Part shown: in pieces, positions 48,725 to 57,911 of the stretch
Layout of the letters: the number at the start of each line of letters is the position of its first letter
Numbering within the stretch: the stretch's first letter is position 1
Source: a virus
DNA length: 64,000 nucleotides
IMG/VR virus record: IMGVR_UViG_3300014257_000015
Coordinates: 1 to 64,000 of that record
Reading direction: 5' to 3' (one strand)
The notes under the pieces: generated by a model
Told to the model about the DNA's origin: nothing
The model's database searches: none
The model's input: only the letters and a program-made list of their open reading frames with translations
Translations under genes and position numbers: made by a program

Positions 48725-49301
48725 CAAGATAATCGTGTTGGACGGGGTGAATGGGACAGGGAAATCAACGAGCGCAAAAGTTCTGCGCGAATTGACAGGG
48801 TGGCCCATCATACGGGCGTTTCGTGATGACTCTGATTCACATCTAGGATACAACGCGCCTATGGAGGGAGAACTCAAAAAACTCGGCGTTCCTGTGAACA
48901 CATACGTTGATGACTTGTACGTTGCTGATTTTTTGCGCGCAACACGGCGAGGAGCGATATTGGATAGATCGATGCCATCGGCATTGGCATATCCGATGAT
49001 GCGCGGCGAAGAGATAACACCAAAGACAGCAAAAAAATTGGTTGTTGTTTGGGAGCAGATTCTGCGCGCTGCGAAGATACCTGTGGTTTATGTTTGGATG
49101 CAAGCATCGCACGAAGTGGTGAAAGAGCGTTGTGTTGGACGGTGGCATCCAAACAAAGCACAATACGCCAAATTGGAATCGACTTTCAAGAGAGTTTTCG
49201 TGACGTTGTCGCTGTGCAAAAGAAGAGTGGTGACCACAGAGCTTAGTGAAAACGAAACGATCAAAACCGTTCGCCAGGTGGTGGATGATGCCGACGATTG
49301 A
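48717..49301 (+). CDS. dNMP (thymidylate-like) kinase
   Basis: LDGVNGTGKST P-loop; ILDRSMPS..AY; TTG start after AGGTGA. Confidence 0.8.
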   Translation: MCDKIIVLDGVNGTGKSTSAKVLRELTGWPIIRAFRDDSDSHLGYNAPMEGELKKLGVPVNTYVDDLYVADFLRATRRGAILDRSMPSALAYPMMRGEEITPKTAKKLVVVWEQILRAAKIPVVYVWMQASHEVVKERCVGRWHPNKAQYAKLESTFKRVFVTLSLCKRRVVTTELSENETIKTVRQVVDDADD

Positions 49302-49620
49302 TGAAATCAGAGTTTGGTTGAGTGGCCAAGAGATCGAAGGATTGCCCGCTTTGCGTGAGCGTGAGCGTGAGCCAGAAGCGAAACATCCGCCGAAGGCAAT
49401 GAAAACGCCTGCCGATATGCGCAACCAAGGGAGATATCGGCTGCACCGTGATGACTCCGGTCACGTCATCGATGCCACTTTGTATTTTGGAAAGTACAAT
49501 GGGTTCTGCCTAAGTAAACTTTCAACCAATAGAGAAGGGAAGGACTACCTGTCATGGATGTTGAAACAGGACTTCCCTGGTGAATTGGTGGAGTTGATCA
49601 CCAGTATGGGATGGGCGTGA
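49285..49620 (+). CDS. Small protein with FGKY.G (ExoX C-terminal-like) motif
   Basis: LYFGKYNG…DYLSWML. Confidence 0.6.
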   Translation: MMPTIDEIRVWLSGQEIEGLPALREREREPEAKHPPKAMKTPADMRNQGRYRLHRDDSGHVIDATLYFGKYNGFCLSKLSTNREGKDYLSWMLKQDFPGELVELITSMGWA

Positions 49621-52600
49621 TGGAAGACTTTGTAGGGTTGCACAACCATTCGGATGCTAGCCAACTAGACGGTGCTGGGAAAATATCCGAATACATCAAG
49701 GCCGTAGTCGAACGCAAGGCGCCTTCAATCGCTTTCACCGAACACGGGACAATGCGCGGGTACCAGACGCAATATGATCAATGCAAAGAACACAACATCA
49801 AGCCAATTTATGGGATTGAATTCTATGTGGCCAATGACATGCGTCGAAAGGGCCTAACCGAAGACGAGCGCGCGGACATCACGAAAGGCAAACCTCGAAG
49901 CGAGCACAAAGATGCCATCAAGAAGTATGAAGAGCAACACGGCATCCGAGACAGATGGCATTTGACGTGCTGGGCGAAGAACGCAGAGGGAATGCGGAAT
50001 ATGATGCGCTTGGCGTCGCTTGCATACACCGAGGGGTTCTACTACAAGCCGCGCATTGACTTGAACGAACTGTACAAGTACAAAGAGGGGTTGGTGGTGG
50101 CGACGGGATGTTGTTCCAGCGTCATCTATGACAGGGCCGTGTTGGGGAAAAAGAAGCTTGCATTAGAAATTGCCGATGAGATGCGTGAACAATTTGGGGA
50201 AGATTTGTGGATTGAGATACAACCGCACGCAATCGAAGAGCAGGTGATCTCCAACCAGTTGGCACTGGAATTGAAGGATAGGTGGGGGAAGAAGGCGCGC
50301 CTGCTTGCAACGCAAGACGCACATTATGTCAGGCCGGAAGATTGGGAAACGCATGAAGTGATGCTCTGTATCGGAACCAATGATGTGATGAGCAACCCCG
50401 AGCGTTTTCGTTTCACCGGGAATGATTTTCATTTCAAAACCCGAAAGGAAATGTTTGCGAAGTTCAGATCAACACACGCTTACTTGACCAGAGAGCAAGT
50501 CAAAGAATCTTTGGACAACACGTTGGTGTTCATGGACACAATATCTGATGGCCTGGTTACCATCGATAAAGACAAGTGTCTCATGCCACCAATACCGGTT
50601 CCTGAGAAGTATGACGGCAATGAGTTCGCATACTTGAAGGATTTGTGTTTGCGCGGTTGGGCATGGCGTGACATACCGGCCCGCGCCACTCTGTTGTCAA
50701 AGCGCGAGGGCGGCGACGAAGCAGAATGGCTGAAACGATACGTGGCAAGGTTGAAAAGAGAACTGACAGCAATCAAAAGCCAAAAGTTTGTTTCATATTT
50801 CCTTCTTGTTCACGATTTATACAATTGGGTGCGCCAGCAGGAAATCATGTGTGGGCCTGGACGAGGCTCAGCGGCGGGTTCGCTCGTTGCATACCTGACC
50901 GGCATCACATCGGTTGATCCGATAGAGCACAATCTGTTGTTCGAACGATTCATAAGCCCAACGCGTGTCGACCAGCCCGATATTGATATGGACTTTGAGG
51001 ATCGGCGCCGACAAGAGATCATCGAGTATCTGCGAAACAAATACGGCAATGATAAGGTGTGTCAGATTGCCACCGTAGGCAAGCTTTCGGGGAAGGCTGT
51101 AATCAGAGACATATCGCGTGTTCTTGAAGTGCCGTATGCAGCAGTAAACCAAGTCACCAATTCCATCATCGAAAGAAGCAGCGGCGACGAGCGGGCCAGC
51201 CAGACGGTTGAGGACTCTTTCAAAGAATTCAAGGTGTGTCGCGAATTCAACGCCAAATACCCGGATGTTCTGAGATATGCGAAGAAGCTCGAAGGAATGG
51301 CCAAGACGCTTGGAATACACGCAGCAGGCGTCGTGACTTCTCCTGAACCGTTGATGAATCTTGTCCCATTGGAGACGAGAAAGCATGATGGCCGTGACGT
51401 TGTGGTGAGCGCCATCGATATGTACGGGGTGGCAGCGTGTGGGTTGCTGAAATTGGACGTTCTTGGGCTGCGAACGCTGAGTGTCATTCGTGAATGTCTA
51501 GAAGCAGTTGAACAACACACTGGTGAAAAGATCGACCTCGAACGCATTGATTTGAATTTGAAAGACGTTCTTCAAGGATTCACAGATCACGATTATTGTG
51601 GCGTGTTTCAGTATGATTCCCCGGGTGCCGACAAGATTTGCACAGGCGTTGAGTTCAAACACTTCGAGGACATCGCTGCCATGACAGCGTTGAATCGACC
51701 GGGCACCGCGCGAAGCGGCCTAGCCACGCAATATGTGGCACGAAAGCGCAACCCGAAATTGGTTGAAAAGGCATCGTTTCACCCAGCGGTGAGTGAAATC
51801 ACGAAAGACACATTGGGAATCATCGTGTATCAAGAGCACGTGATGCGTATTTTCACCGACATAGCCGGGTTTGCCCCAGCAACGGCGGACAGCTTGCGCA
51901 AGAAAATAGCCAAAAAATTTGGCGATGAGACGATTGGAAAAGAACGCGAGAATTTCATTAAGGGTGCGATGGAAAATTGGGGTGACCGAGGGATGACCAA
52001 AGAGATCGCAGGAAAGATAATGGATGCGATCACGTTCTTTGGATGTATACCTGGTGAATCGTTGGTTTTAGTGGTCGAGGGAAGTGATGAAGACTTGTGC
52101 GCATTGCGAGAGGAAAGTGTTGGCAAGGGGATTGTGCTCAATACACTACCAGAGGGAATACAGGAAGGAAAGAACGGTGATCGGGAATCCTGTGAGTTCA
52201 GAGCACAACAAGATAGGGGTGCTTGGGCGCGGGTGGAAGTCAGCGCCTGGGGCGAGGGTCATTGCGTCGAACAAGTTGCAATCCAAGAAGATAACAGGGG
52301 CATTAAATCCGTCTTGGAAGGGCGGACACATCAAAAACTTCAAACTAGCAAGGAACAGGTTGTTGAAGGAAGAGAAGGGATGTTGTCGTTGCGGCACTTC
52401 GTTGATCAAGGGATCAGGGCCGAATCAAAAGTCATTTCACATCCACCACAAGAATCGAAACAAAGCGGACAACCGAGAAGAGAACTTGGAAGTGCTGTGT
52501 CAAAGTTGCCACAGCAAAGAACACACGAAAGAAAAAATTGCTGGGCGACTTGGAAAGAAATCGAAACGCTAAAGGTTGGTGATTGGATAGTGTCTTTTGA

Positions 52601-54371
52601 TGACGACATTCGCCCCGAGCTAAATAGAGTGAAAAGAATAGAGTGCACAGGGGTGAAGCCTGTCCGCAGGATGACACTCGAACAAGGCGAAATTTGGGCG
52701 ACCGGATCGCATTGGTGGATGAATAGCACAGGGGAATATATAGAGACAAAGGATTGCACGCCTGGTACAGAATTGCGTGTTGGTGATTCGATTTTCAAGG
52801 TTCTTGGTAATCGAAAAGATGGGCGATTGAAGACTTGGGACTTGGAGTGCGAATTCGAACCTAGCAACTATGCCGTCAGATTATTCAACAGCGATTCGTG
52901 TAATTACTTGATAAGCCATAATAGTTATGGATTCAACAAGTCGCATGCCACCGCATATGGAATCATCGCGTATTGGGAAATGTTCTTGAAAATACGCCAC
53001 CCGATCGAATTCTATTGGGCGCTATTGAAGAACGAACCTGACCGAATACGAATCCAACAGATCGCTAAAGATGCTAAAAAACATGGCATAGAATTGTTGC
53101 CGCCGTCGGTGGTGAATAGCGGTAAGCATTTCACAATAGACAGAGCAAATAATGCCATTCGTGGTTCGCTCGTCGACATCAAGGGCGTAGGTGATGCTGC
53201 GTCTGAATCAATCATGGTCGCCCAACCATACAAGGACTTCGGTGACTTGATTCAACGCGTGGACCGCCGAAAAGTACACAAGGGTGTCATTGTGGCATTG
53301 GCGAAGGCCGGGGCGTTAGATGACGTGGTGCCGAATCCTAAGTGGCTGATAGAAAACATCGAAGATTTTTGGACAGAGTTGGGGAAGAAGGGGTGGACAG
53401 AGAAAACAGAAAGATTGTTGCGAGATTCGGCTGATGCTCCGCAGTTCACCACCGAAGAGAGGCAGGTTGTGGCCTCGAAGGTTAGTCCACTCGCATTCGG
53501 GAAACATCCGCTCGATGCGTATGCGAATTTCATGGAACGTAGTGTGAAGGTTCCCATCGCGGCAATGTCTGATGAAGACTTTTTCAAAGACAATGACAAT
53601 CAAGGCGTATTCATCGCTGGCGTCGTTGTTGAGGTGAAGTACAATCAAATTGGAGATTTCAACACAGGTGAGCTTCCCAGTGAGTTGGAAAGGAAACAGA
53701 TGTTCTGGGGCCGCCGTTACGCCAATGTTAATGTCGAAGATCTTGGCGGGAAACAAAATAGGATCAAAGTGGATTTTGACATCTTTGATGATTATCGAGA
53801 TGTGGTTGATTCTGGAATAGGAACGCCTGTTGTTCTTCATGCTTTTGTGAACGCGAGGTTTGAGAATTTACGTTGTCATTTCATGATCAATCTGGAAGAG
53901 TACAGGCTAGCAGTCGAAGCAGGACAAGAGTTGACAGTGTGGCAAAGCATAGTCGCTGGTCGCCATCCAGCCAAAGAATATGAATGGAAAGATCCGTCAA
54001 AGTTGATCAAATACAAGACCCCAGAGGGCGAAGAGCGCGAGGTGAAAAGGCGTTCCAATGCAATCAGGAACAAAGCATTTTGGGATCGCGTATCACCTTC
54101 GTTTGTTGGCGTTGTCACGCACGTTCGGCCAAAATATGACAAGAATGGAAACCGGATGGCATTCTTGGGATTGCTGGACGGTGGTTCGCGATTCATCAGC
54201 GTGATAGCATTCGCATCCAGTTGGACAAAAGAAGTGCGACGTGTTTTGAAACCCGGGGCGTTGGTGAAAATAGAATTGGACTCCAAAAGAGACAAACGCA
54301 GTTGGTCATATTTCTACAACGGCGGAAAACTCAGGGTTCTGAGGTCAGCGCCATCAACCACATCACCATAG
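49611..54371 (+). CDS. dnaE: DNA polymerase III alpha subunit, intein-containing
   Basis: PHP domain (HNHS..S.LDG, TEHG, GIE, DAH); GRGSAAGS; PDIDMDF; HAAG; K.D.LGL; YQE; YGFNKSHA; OB folds. Confidence 0.96.
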   Translation: MGVMEDFVGLHNHSDASQLDGAGKISEYIKAVVERKAPSIAFTEHGTMRGYQTQYDQCKEHNIKPIYGIEFYVANDMRRKGLTEDERADITKGKPRSEHKDAIKKYEEQHGIRDRWHLTCWAKNAEGMRNMMRLASLAYTEGFYYKPRIDLNELYKYKEGLVVATGCCSSVIYDRAVLGKKKLALEIADEMREQFGEDLWIEIQPHAIEEQVISNQLALELKDRWGKKARLLATQDAHYVRPEDWETHEVMLCIGTNDVMSNPERFRFTGNDFHFKTRKEMFAKFRSTHAYLTREQVKESLDNTLVFMDTISDGLVTIDKDKCLMPPIPVPEKYDGNEFAYLKDLCLRGWAWRDIPARATLLSKREGGDEAEWLKRYVARLKRELTAIKSQKFVSYFLLVHDLYNWVRQQEIMCGPGRGSAAGSLVAYLTGITSVDPIEHNLLFERFISPTRVDQPDIDMDFEDRRRQEIIEYLRNKYGNDKVCQIATVGKLSGKAVIRDISRVLEVPYAAVNQVTNSIIERSSGDERASQTVEDSFKEFKVCREFNAKYPDVLRYAKKLEGMAKTLGIHAAGVVTSPEPLMNLVPLETRKHDGRDVVVSAIDMYGVAACGLLKLDVLGLRTLSVIRECLEAVEQHTGEKIDLERIDLNLKDVLQGFTDHDYCGVFQYDSPGADKICTGVEFKHFEDIAAMTALNRPGTARSGLATQYVARKRNPKLVEKASFHPAVSEITKDTLGIIVYQEHVMRIFTDIAGFAPATADSLRKKIAKKFGDETIGKERENFIKGAMENWGDRGMTKEIAGKIMDAITFFGCIPGESLVLVVEGSDEDLCALREESVGKGIVLNTLPEGIQEGKNGDRESCEFRAQQDRGAWARVEVSAWGEGHCVEQVAIQEDNRGIKSVLEGRTHQKLQTSKEQVVEGREGMLSLRHFVDQGIRAESKVISHPPQESKQSGQPRRELGSAVSKLPQQRTHERKNCWATWKEIETLKVGDWIVSFDDDIRPELNRVKRIECTGVKPVRRMTLEQGEIWATGSHWWMNSTGEYIETKDCTPGTELRVGDSIFKVLGNRKDGRLKTWDLECEFEPSNYAVRLFNSDSCNYLISHNSYGFNKSHATAYGIIAYWEMFLKIRHPIEFYWALLKNEPDRIRIQQIAKDAKKHGIELLPPSVVNSGKHFTIDRANNAIRGSLVDIKGVGDAASESIMVAQPYKDFGDLIQRVDRRKVHKGVIVALAKAGALDDVVPNPKWLIENIEDFWTELGKKGWTEKTERLLRDSADAPQFTTEERQVVASKVSPLAFGKHPLDAYANFMERSVKVPIAAMSDEDFFKDNDNQGVFIAGVVVEVKYNQIGDFNTGELPSELERKQMFWGRRYANVNVEDLGGKQNRIKVDFDIFDDYRDVVDSGIGTPVVLHAFVNARFENLRCHFMINLEEYRLAVEAGQELTVWQSIVAGRHPAKEYEWKDPSKLIKYKTPEGEEREVKRRSNAIRNKAFWDRVSPSFVGVVTHVRPKYDKNGNRMAFLGLLDGGSRFISVIAFASSWTKEVRRVLKPGALVKIELDSKRDKRSWSYFYNGGKLRVLRSAPSTTSP
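52044..52922 (+). mobile_element. Intein in DnaE (293 aa, precursor residues 812-1104)
   Basis: FFG|CIPGESLV (block A); IETLKVGD; ATGSH (block B TxxH); TWDLEC (block F); ISHN|S (block G); removal restores FFGSYGFNKSH. Confidence 0.93.
52084..52572 (+). CDS. HNH homing endonuclease nested in the intein in the +1 frame
   Basis: C..C…ARGLC..HY; NPSWKGG; CCRC…HIHHKNRNKADNREENLEVLCQSCHSKEH; GAGG RBS at 52077 before GTG 52084 / ATG 52087. Confidence 0.9.
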   Translation: MMKTCAHCERKVLARGLCSIHYQREYRKERTVIGNPVSSEHNKIGVLGRGWKSAPGARVIASNKLQSKKITGALNPSWKGGHIKNFKLARNRLLKEEKGCCRCGTSLIKGSGPNQKSFHIHHKNRNKADNREENLEVLCQSCHSKEHTKEKIAGRLGKKSKR

Positions 54372-54392
54372 GCTAAAAGCAACGAGGGTATC

Positions 54393-54734
54393 ATGTCAAG
54401 TCTATTGACGGCGGCGAAACGGGCAGGGCTTCACCCGGCGCGATGCGAAAACTGCCACCGAAAAATAAACACAAAAGCAGCAGTCAAAGAACTGTTCAAC
54501 ACAATCATACAGATGTGTGCCGATGGCGAGGTGGTACGCATCGACAATTTTGGCGTTTTCAGACTTCGCCTCCACCAGGGACGCACCATTGAATCTTCAG
54601 TCCTGCCTGGTGGAAGGGCAGAATTTGAAGACAGGATGGTGTTGAGTTTTAGACAGAGTGTTGGCGTGAAGAATAGGCTGTCGAAGATCATCAAGGCCAA
54701 CAACAACAAGAAGGAAAGAAAGGGCAAAAAATGA
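54393..54734 (+). CDS. HU/IHF-like DNA-binding protein
   Basis: GEVVRIDNFGVF…GR…LSFRQS..VK. Confidence 0.8.
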   Translation: MSSLLTAAKRAGLHPARCENCHRKINTKAAVKELFNTIIQMCADGEVVRIDNFGVFRLRLHQGRTIESSVLPGGRAEFEDRMVLSFRQSVGVKNRLSKIIKANNNKKERKGKK

Positions 54735-55258
54735 GTTTTAGCCAAGTAGAGTTGGTGGTCAACGGCGACAAGGTTCAGGTGGACCTCGAAGAAATTCTGT
54801 CCATACAAGACATCAGCCGTGACATGGACCAAGTAGCCTCTCAGATGAGCTACTGGGGAGCGGTATGGGCGGCAGCCGACGAAGAAAGCCAGAGGGCTGA
54901 CGCGCACTATCGAAAGTGGCGAGCAGAGACTGGACAACGAATCCTATCAGCCAACGAGAAGACTGCTGAGTGGAAAGTGAAACAAGACATCGAGTCTGAT
55001 GAAACGTTCCTGAAGCTCAAATCTAGTCTTGCGCAAGCAGCACACAATGTCACACTAGCCAAAGCCATCTTCGAAGCATTCAAGATCAAGGCCAACATGC
55101 TTCAGTCCAAGGGTGCCATGGCACGAGCAGAGTTGGATTCAACTGGAATGGCCACGAAAGTCGAGGCGCCGAAGCGCAGCAGCGGCGAAGACGAAGAAAG
55201 GAAGCTGCGCGAGAAAGAAGAGATCGTGAAGCGCGCCTTGAAAAACAAGAAGAAATAA
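54731..55258 (+). CDS. UvsY-like recombination mediator (putative)
   Basis: All-helical, 175 aa; adjacent to SSB and RecA. Confidence 0.5.
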   Translation: MSFSQVELVVNGDKVQVDLEEILSIQDISRDMDQVASQMSYWGAVWAAADEESQRADAHYRKWRAETGQRILSANEKTAEWKVKQDIESDETFLKLKSSLAQAAHNVTLAKAIFEAFKIKANMLQSKGAMARAELDSTGMATKVEAPKRSSGEDEERKLREKEEIVKRALKNKKK

Positions 55259-55289
55259 CAGACAAATCCAACGCCAAAGGAGAAAATCA

Positions 55290-56546
55290 ATGGCTATCGA
55301 CATGAAGAAGATGAAGAAACACAAAGAAGAACTGGCCACTGGCGGCGAGTTCCTCACATACCCATCGGGCGAGACGCGAATATACATCCACGGGCAATGT
55401 CGCCCTGATGATGAGACGCCACCCACCGCTGGATTCCCTTGGGTTCCTATCACTGTTCATTTCAATGTTGGCAAGAACAATGCGATGTGTGTTTGCCTTG
55501 ACAAGAACAGAAACGAGATTTTGAAACACCCGTATTTGAAGGGAATGTTGAAGGCGCGAAAGAATGCGCCGAAGCTCGATGGGACGTGCCCTGTTTGTGA
55601 AGAGATTGAAAACGGCGGGATGGATTCCGAGGAAGCCACAGAAGCTCGCCCACAGACGAAGTGGTTGTGGGGAACAACCAAAATCGCGTCGCGTGGCAAA
55701 GGTGATGATGATTGGAATGCGCAATCATTCAAGCCGGGCGTGACGATGGCTAACAAGACCATACACACCGGATTCATCGACATTTTCGACCAGGCTGGCG
55801 ATGTTACGGATGTGCAAGAAGCCACGTTGGCCATTGTTGGACGAGAGGGGAAAGGGAAAAATGACACCAAGTACAAGGTGTCTGTTGATGTTCCAACGAT
55901 AAAGAGTCCATTGAAATTGGACAAGAAATGTCGTGGCGCTTTGAAAGTCGCTATGAGCGAGGGCGGCGATTGTGATTTGTTCAAGATCGCGGCAAATATG
56001 ATCAAATCACCGGCCGAAATCAGAGCAATGCTGACTGGTGTAAAAATGGAAGACCCTGATGATGACGATGACGACGAGGCTGAGTTGGAAGAGTCGTTGA
56101 AGAAGGGGAAAAAATCGCGCATCATCGACGATGACGACGATGATGAAGACGAGCCGCCTAAGAAGTCAAAGAAAAAGGTCGTTGTCGATGAAGATGACGA
56201 CGATGACGAAGACGAAGACGAGCCGCCTAAGAAGTCAAAGAAAAAAGCCGTTGTCGACGATGAAGATGACGACGAAGACGAAGACGAACCGCCGAAAAAG
56301 TCAAAGAAAAAAGCCGTTGTCGATGATGACGATAATGATGATGAAGACGATGAAGACGATGAAGACGATGAAGACGATGATGAACCGCCGAAGAAGTCAA
56401 AGAAAAAAGCCGTTGTCGAAGACGACGATGACGATGACGAACCACCTAAGAAGTCCAAAAAGTCAAAGAAAAAGGATGAAAGCGACGAGCTAGACGATTT
56501 GGACGACGAGCTGGAAAGAATCACGAAATCAAAGAAGGGGAAGTGA
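55290..56546 (+). CDS. gp32-like ssDNA-binding protein with a long D/E/K repeat tail
   Basis: H…C…CPVC Zn ligands; G.G..DTKY; AAGGAG RBS. Confidence 0.75.
   Translation: MAIDMKKMKKHKEELATGGEFLTYPSGETRIYIHGQCRPDDETPPTAGFPWVPITVHFNVGKNNAMCVCLDKNRNEILKHPYLKGMLKARKNAPKLDGTCPVCEEIENGGMDSEEATEARPQTKWLWGTTKIASRGKGDDDWNAQSFKPGVTMANKTIHTGFIDIFDQAGDVTDVQEATLAIVGREGKGKNDTKYKVSVDVPTIKSPLKLDKKCRGALKVAMSEGGDCDLFKIAANMIKSPAEIRAMLTGVKMEDPDDDDDDEAELEESLKKGKKSRIIDDDDDDEDEPPKKSKKKVVVDEDDDDDEDEDEPPKKSKKKAVVDDEDDDEDEDEPPKKSKKKAVVDDDDNDDEDDEDDEDDEDDDEPPKKSKKKAVVEDDDDDDEPPKKSKKSKKKDESDELDDLDDELERITKSKKGK
56125..56475 (+). repeat. Five imperfect (D/E)n-EPPKKSKK(K.VV) coding repeats
   Basis: EPPKKS units start at 56151, 56220, 56286, 56382 and 56439. 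Confidence 0.95.
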
Positions 56547-56547
56547 A

Positions 56548-57612
56548 GTGAAAGATTCCAAGAAAAAAGCTGGCGATAGGCCTGGCGGCGCAGATATCGC
56601 CAGCGAAGTGTTGGAATCAATCAACGATAAACTTGGTGGCAAGGACGTTGCACAGATGTTAGGTAGCGAGGGCCTTGCCATCAAGATCAGGGGTGTGATA
56701 TCGACAGGCTGCGCCACCATCGACGCCGCATCAGGACGTGGTGGCGTGCCTCTCGGTAGGTTGATAATATTGCATGGGGCTGAAGCGAGCGGAAAAACAA
56801 CATTGGCACTCCAGATAGTTGCACAAGCGCAACTTCAAGGCGGTGTCGCTGTATACATGGACACAGAATATAAGTTGGATCCAGATTATGCGGCAGCCCT
56901 TGGTGTGAATACCAAGAGGATGATCAATGTCCAGCCGAGCTATCTGGAGCAGGCTTTTGCTGTCTGTGAAGGGGCGATCGAGCGCGCGGCCAAGCACAGA
57001 GAAAGCACAGGGCTATCGACGCCAATCTTGATCGTTCTCGATAGCATGAACAGCACCATTTCAAAATCACAATTCGAAGGCGAGTGGGATGATCAACATT
57101 ACGCTCCTCAAGCGCGCGTATTCTCCGCGCTCCTTCCCAAGCTGATGCCTAAAGTTTCACGTGAAAATGTCTGTCTGCTGTGGGTAAGCCAAGTCAGAAA
57201 GAAAATGGGGGTGATGTATGGTGATGACGAAGAGATAGCGGGCGGAAACGCACCACGATTTTACGCCAGCCAGGTGCTGAAAGTGCGACGAATCGGAACG
57301 GTGAAAAAGGGCGAAGAAAAAGTCAAGGTGGCTAACAAAATCACAGTTGAATTCGTGAAAAATCAGGTTGCGCCACCATTCAAAAAAGCCGAGTGTGAAC
57401 TTGAATACGGGAAGGGATTCAACCAGCCGCTGGCCATACTCACACAGGCTGAAAAATGGGGGATTGTTGAAAGGGATGGGAACACATACCGCTATGAAGG
57501 GAAAAAGATCGGCGGTTCCATAGCATATGCTGTAGCAAAATTGGATGATGATGATGAATTGCGTGAGAAGATCTTGTGCGCCATTCGCGACGAGGGCAAA
57601 TGGAAATGGTAA
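56548..57612 (+). CDS. recA: RecA recombinase
   Basis: ISTG…D…G.GGVP.GR; GAEASGKTT; SQVR.KMG; GGNAPRFYAS; KNQVAPPFK. Confidence 0.95.
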   Translation: MKDSKKKAGDRPGGADIASEVLESINDKLGGKDVAQMLGSEGLAIKIRGVISTGCATIDAASGRGGVPLGRLIILHGAEASGKTTLALQIVAQAQLQGGVAVYMDTEYKLDPDYAAALGVNTKRMINVQPSYLEQAFAVCEGAIERAAKHRESTGLSTPILIVLDSMNSTISKSQFEGEWDDQHYAPQARVFSALLPKLMPKVSRENVCLLWVSQVRKKMGVMYGDDEEIAGGNAPRFYASQVLKVRRIGTVKKGEEKVKVANKITVEFVKNQVAPPFKKAECELEYGKGFNQPLAILTQAEKWGIVERDGNTYRYEGKKIGGSIAYAVAKLDDDDELREKILCAIRDEGKWKW

Positions 57613-57911
57613 TGAAAGCTGAAGATGTAGCAAAACTATGGCGCGAGATGCTTGAACACGAGATGAGCATCAAACCAGAAGACGAAAAGCTGGTTGCTTT
57701 TTTGTCTGCTGAATTCCTTTCAAGATGGAAGAGCACAGCGATCAAAGAGTCAGAGAATGGCGGTGATGAACTGCTCAGGTTTCATTCGTTGTACATCGAA
57801 AACAAGGGCAATGCGTTGGTTGCCATTATTGCTTTGCTAAAGGCGATGCGCATGATTAGTGTTGGTATCGGTTGCAACTTGATGGTTGCGGAGCATCCCT
57901 GTGGAACGTAG
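57612..57911 (+). CDS. Hypothetical protein
   Basis: TAATG coupling to recA. Confidence 0.5.
   Translation: MKAEDVAKLWREMLEHEMSIKPEDEKLVAFLSAEFLSRWKSTAIKESENGGDELLRFHSLYIENKGNALVAIIALLKAMRMISVGIGCNLMVAEHPCGT

Noticed and set aside
52044-52922. Group I intron as the carrier of the HNH gene
   Set aside because: The dnaE frame is uninterrupted and all intein splicing motifs are present; no room is left for an intron core.
55457-56620. 387-aa minus-strand poly-Ser/Phe ORF
   Set aside because: Antisense shadow of the GAY/AAG repeats in the SSB gene; the alternative-frame M/T/K-rich ORF at 56131-56493 has the same cause.
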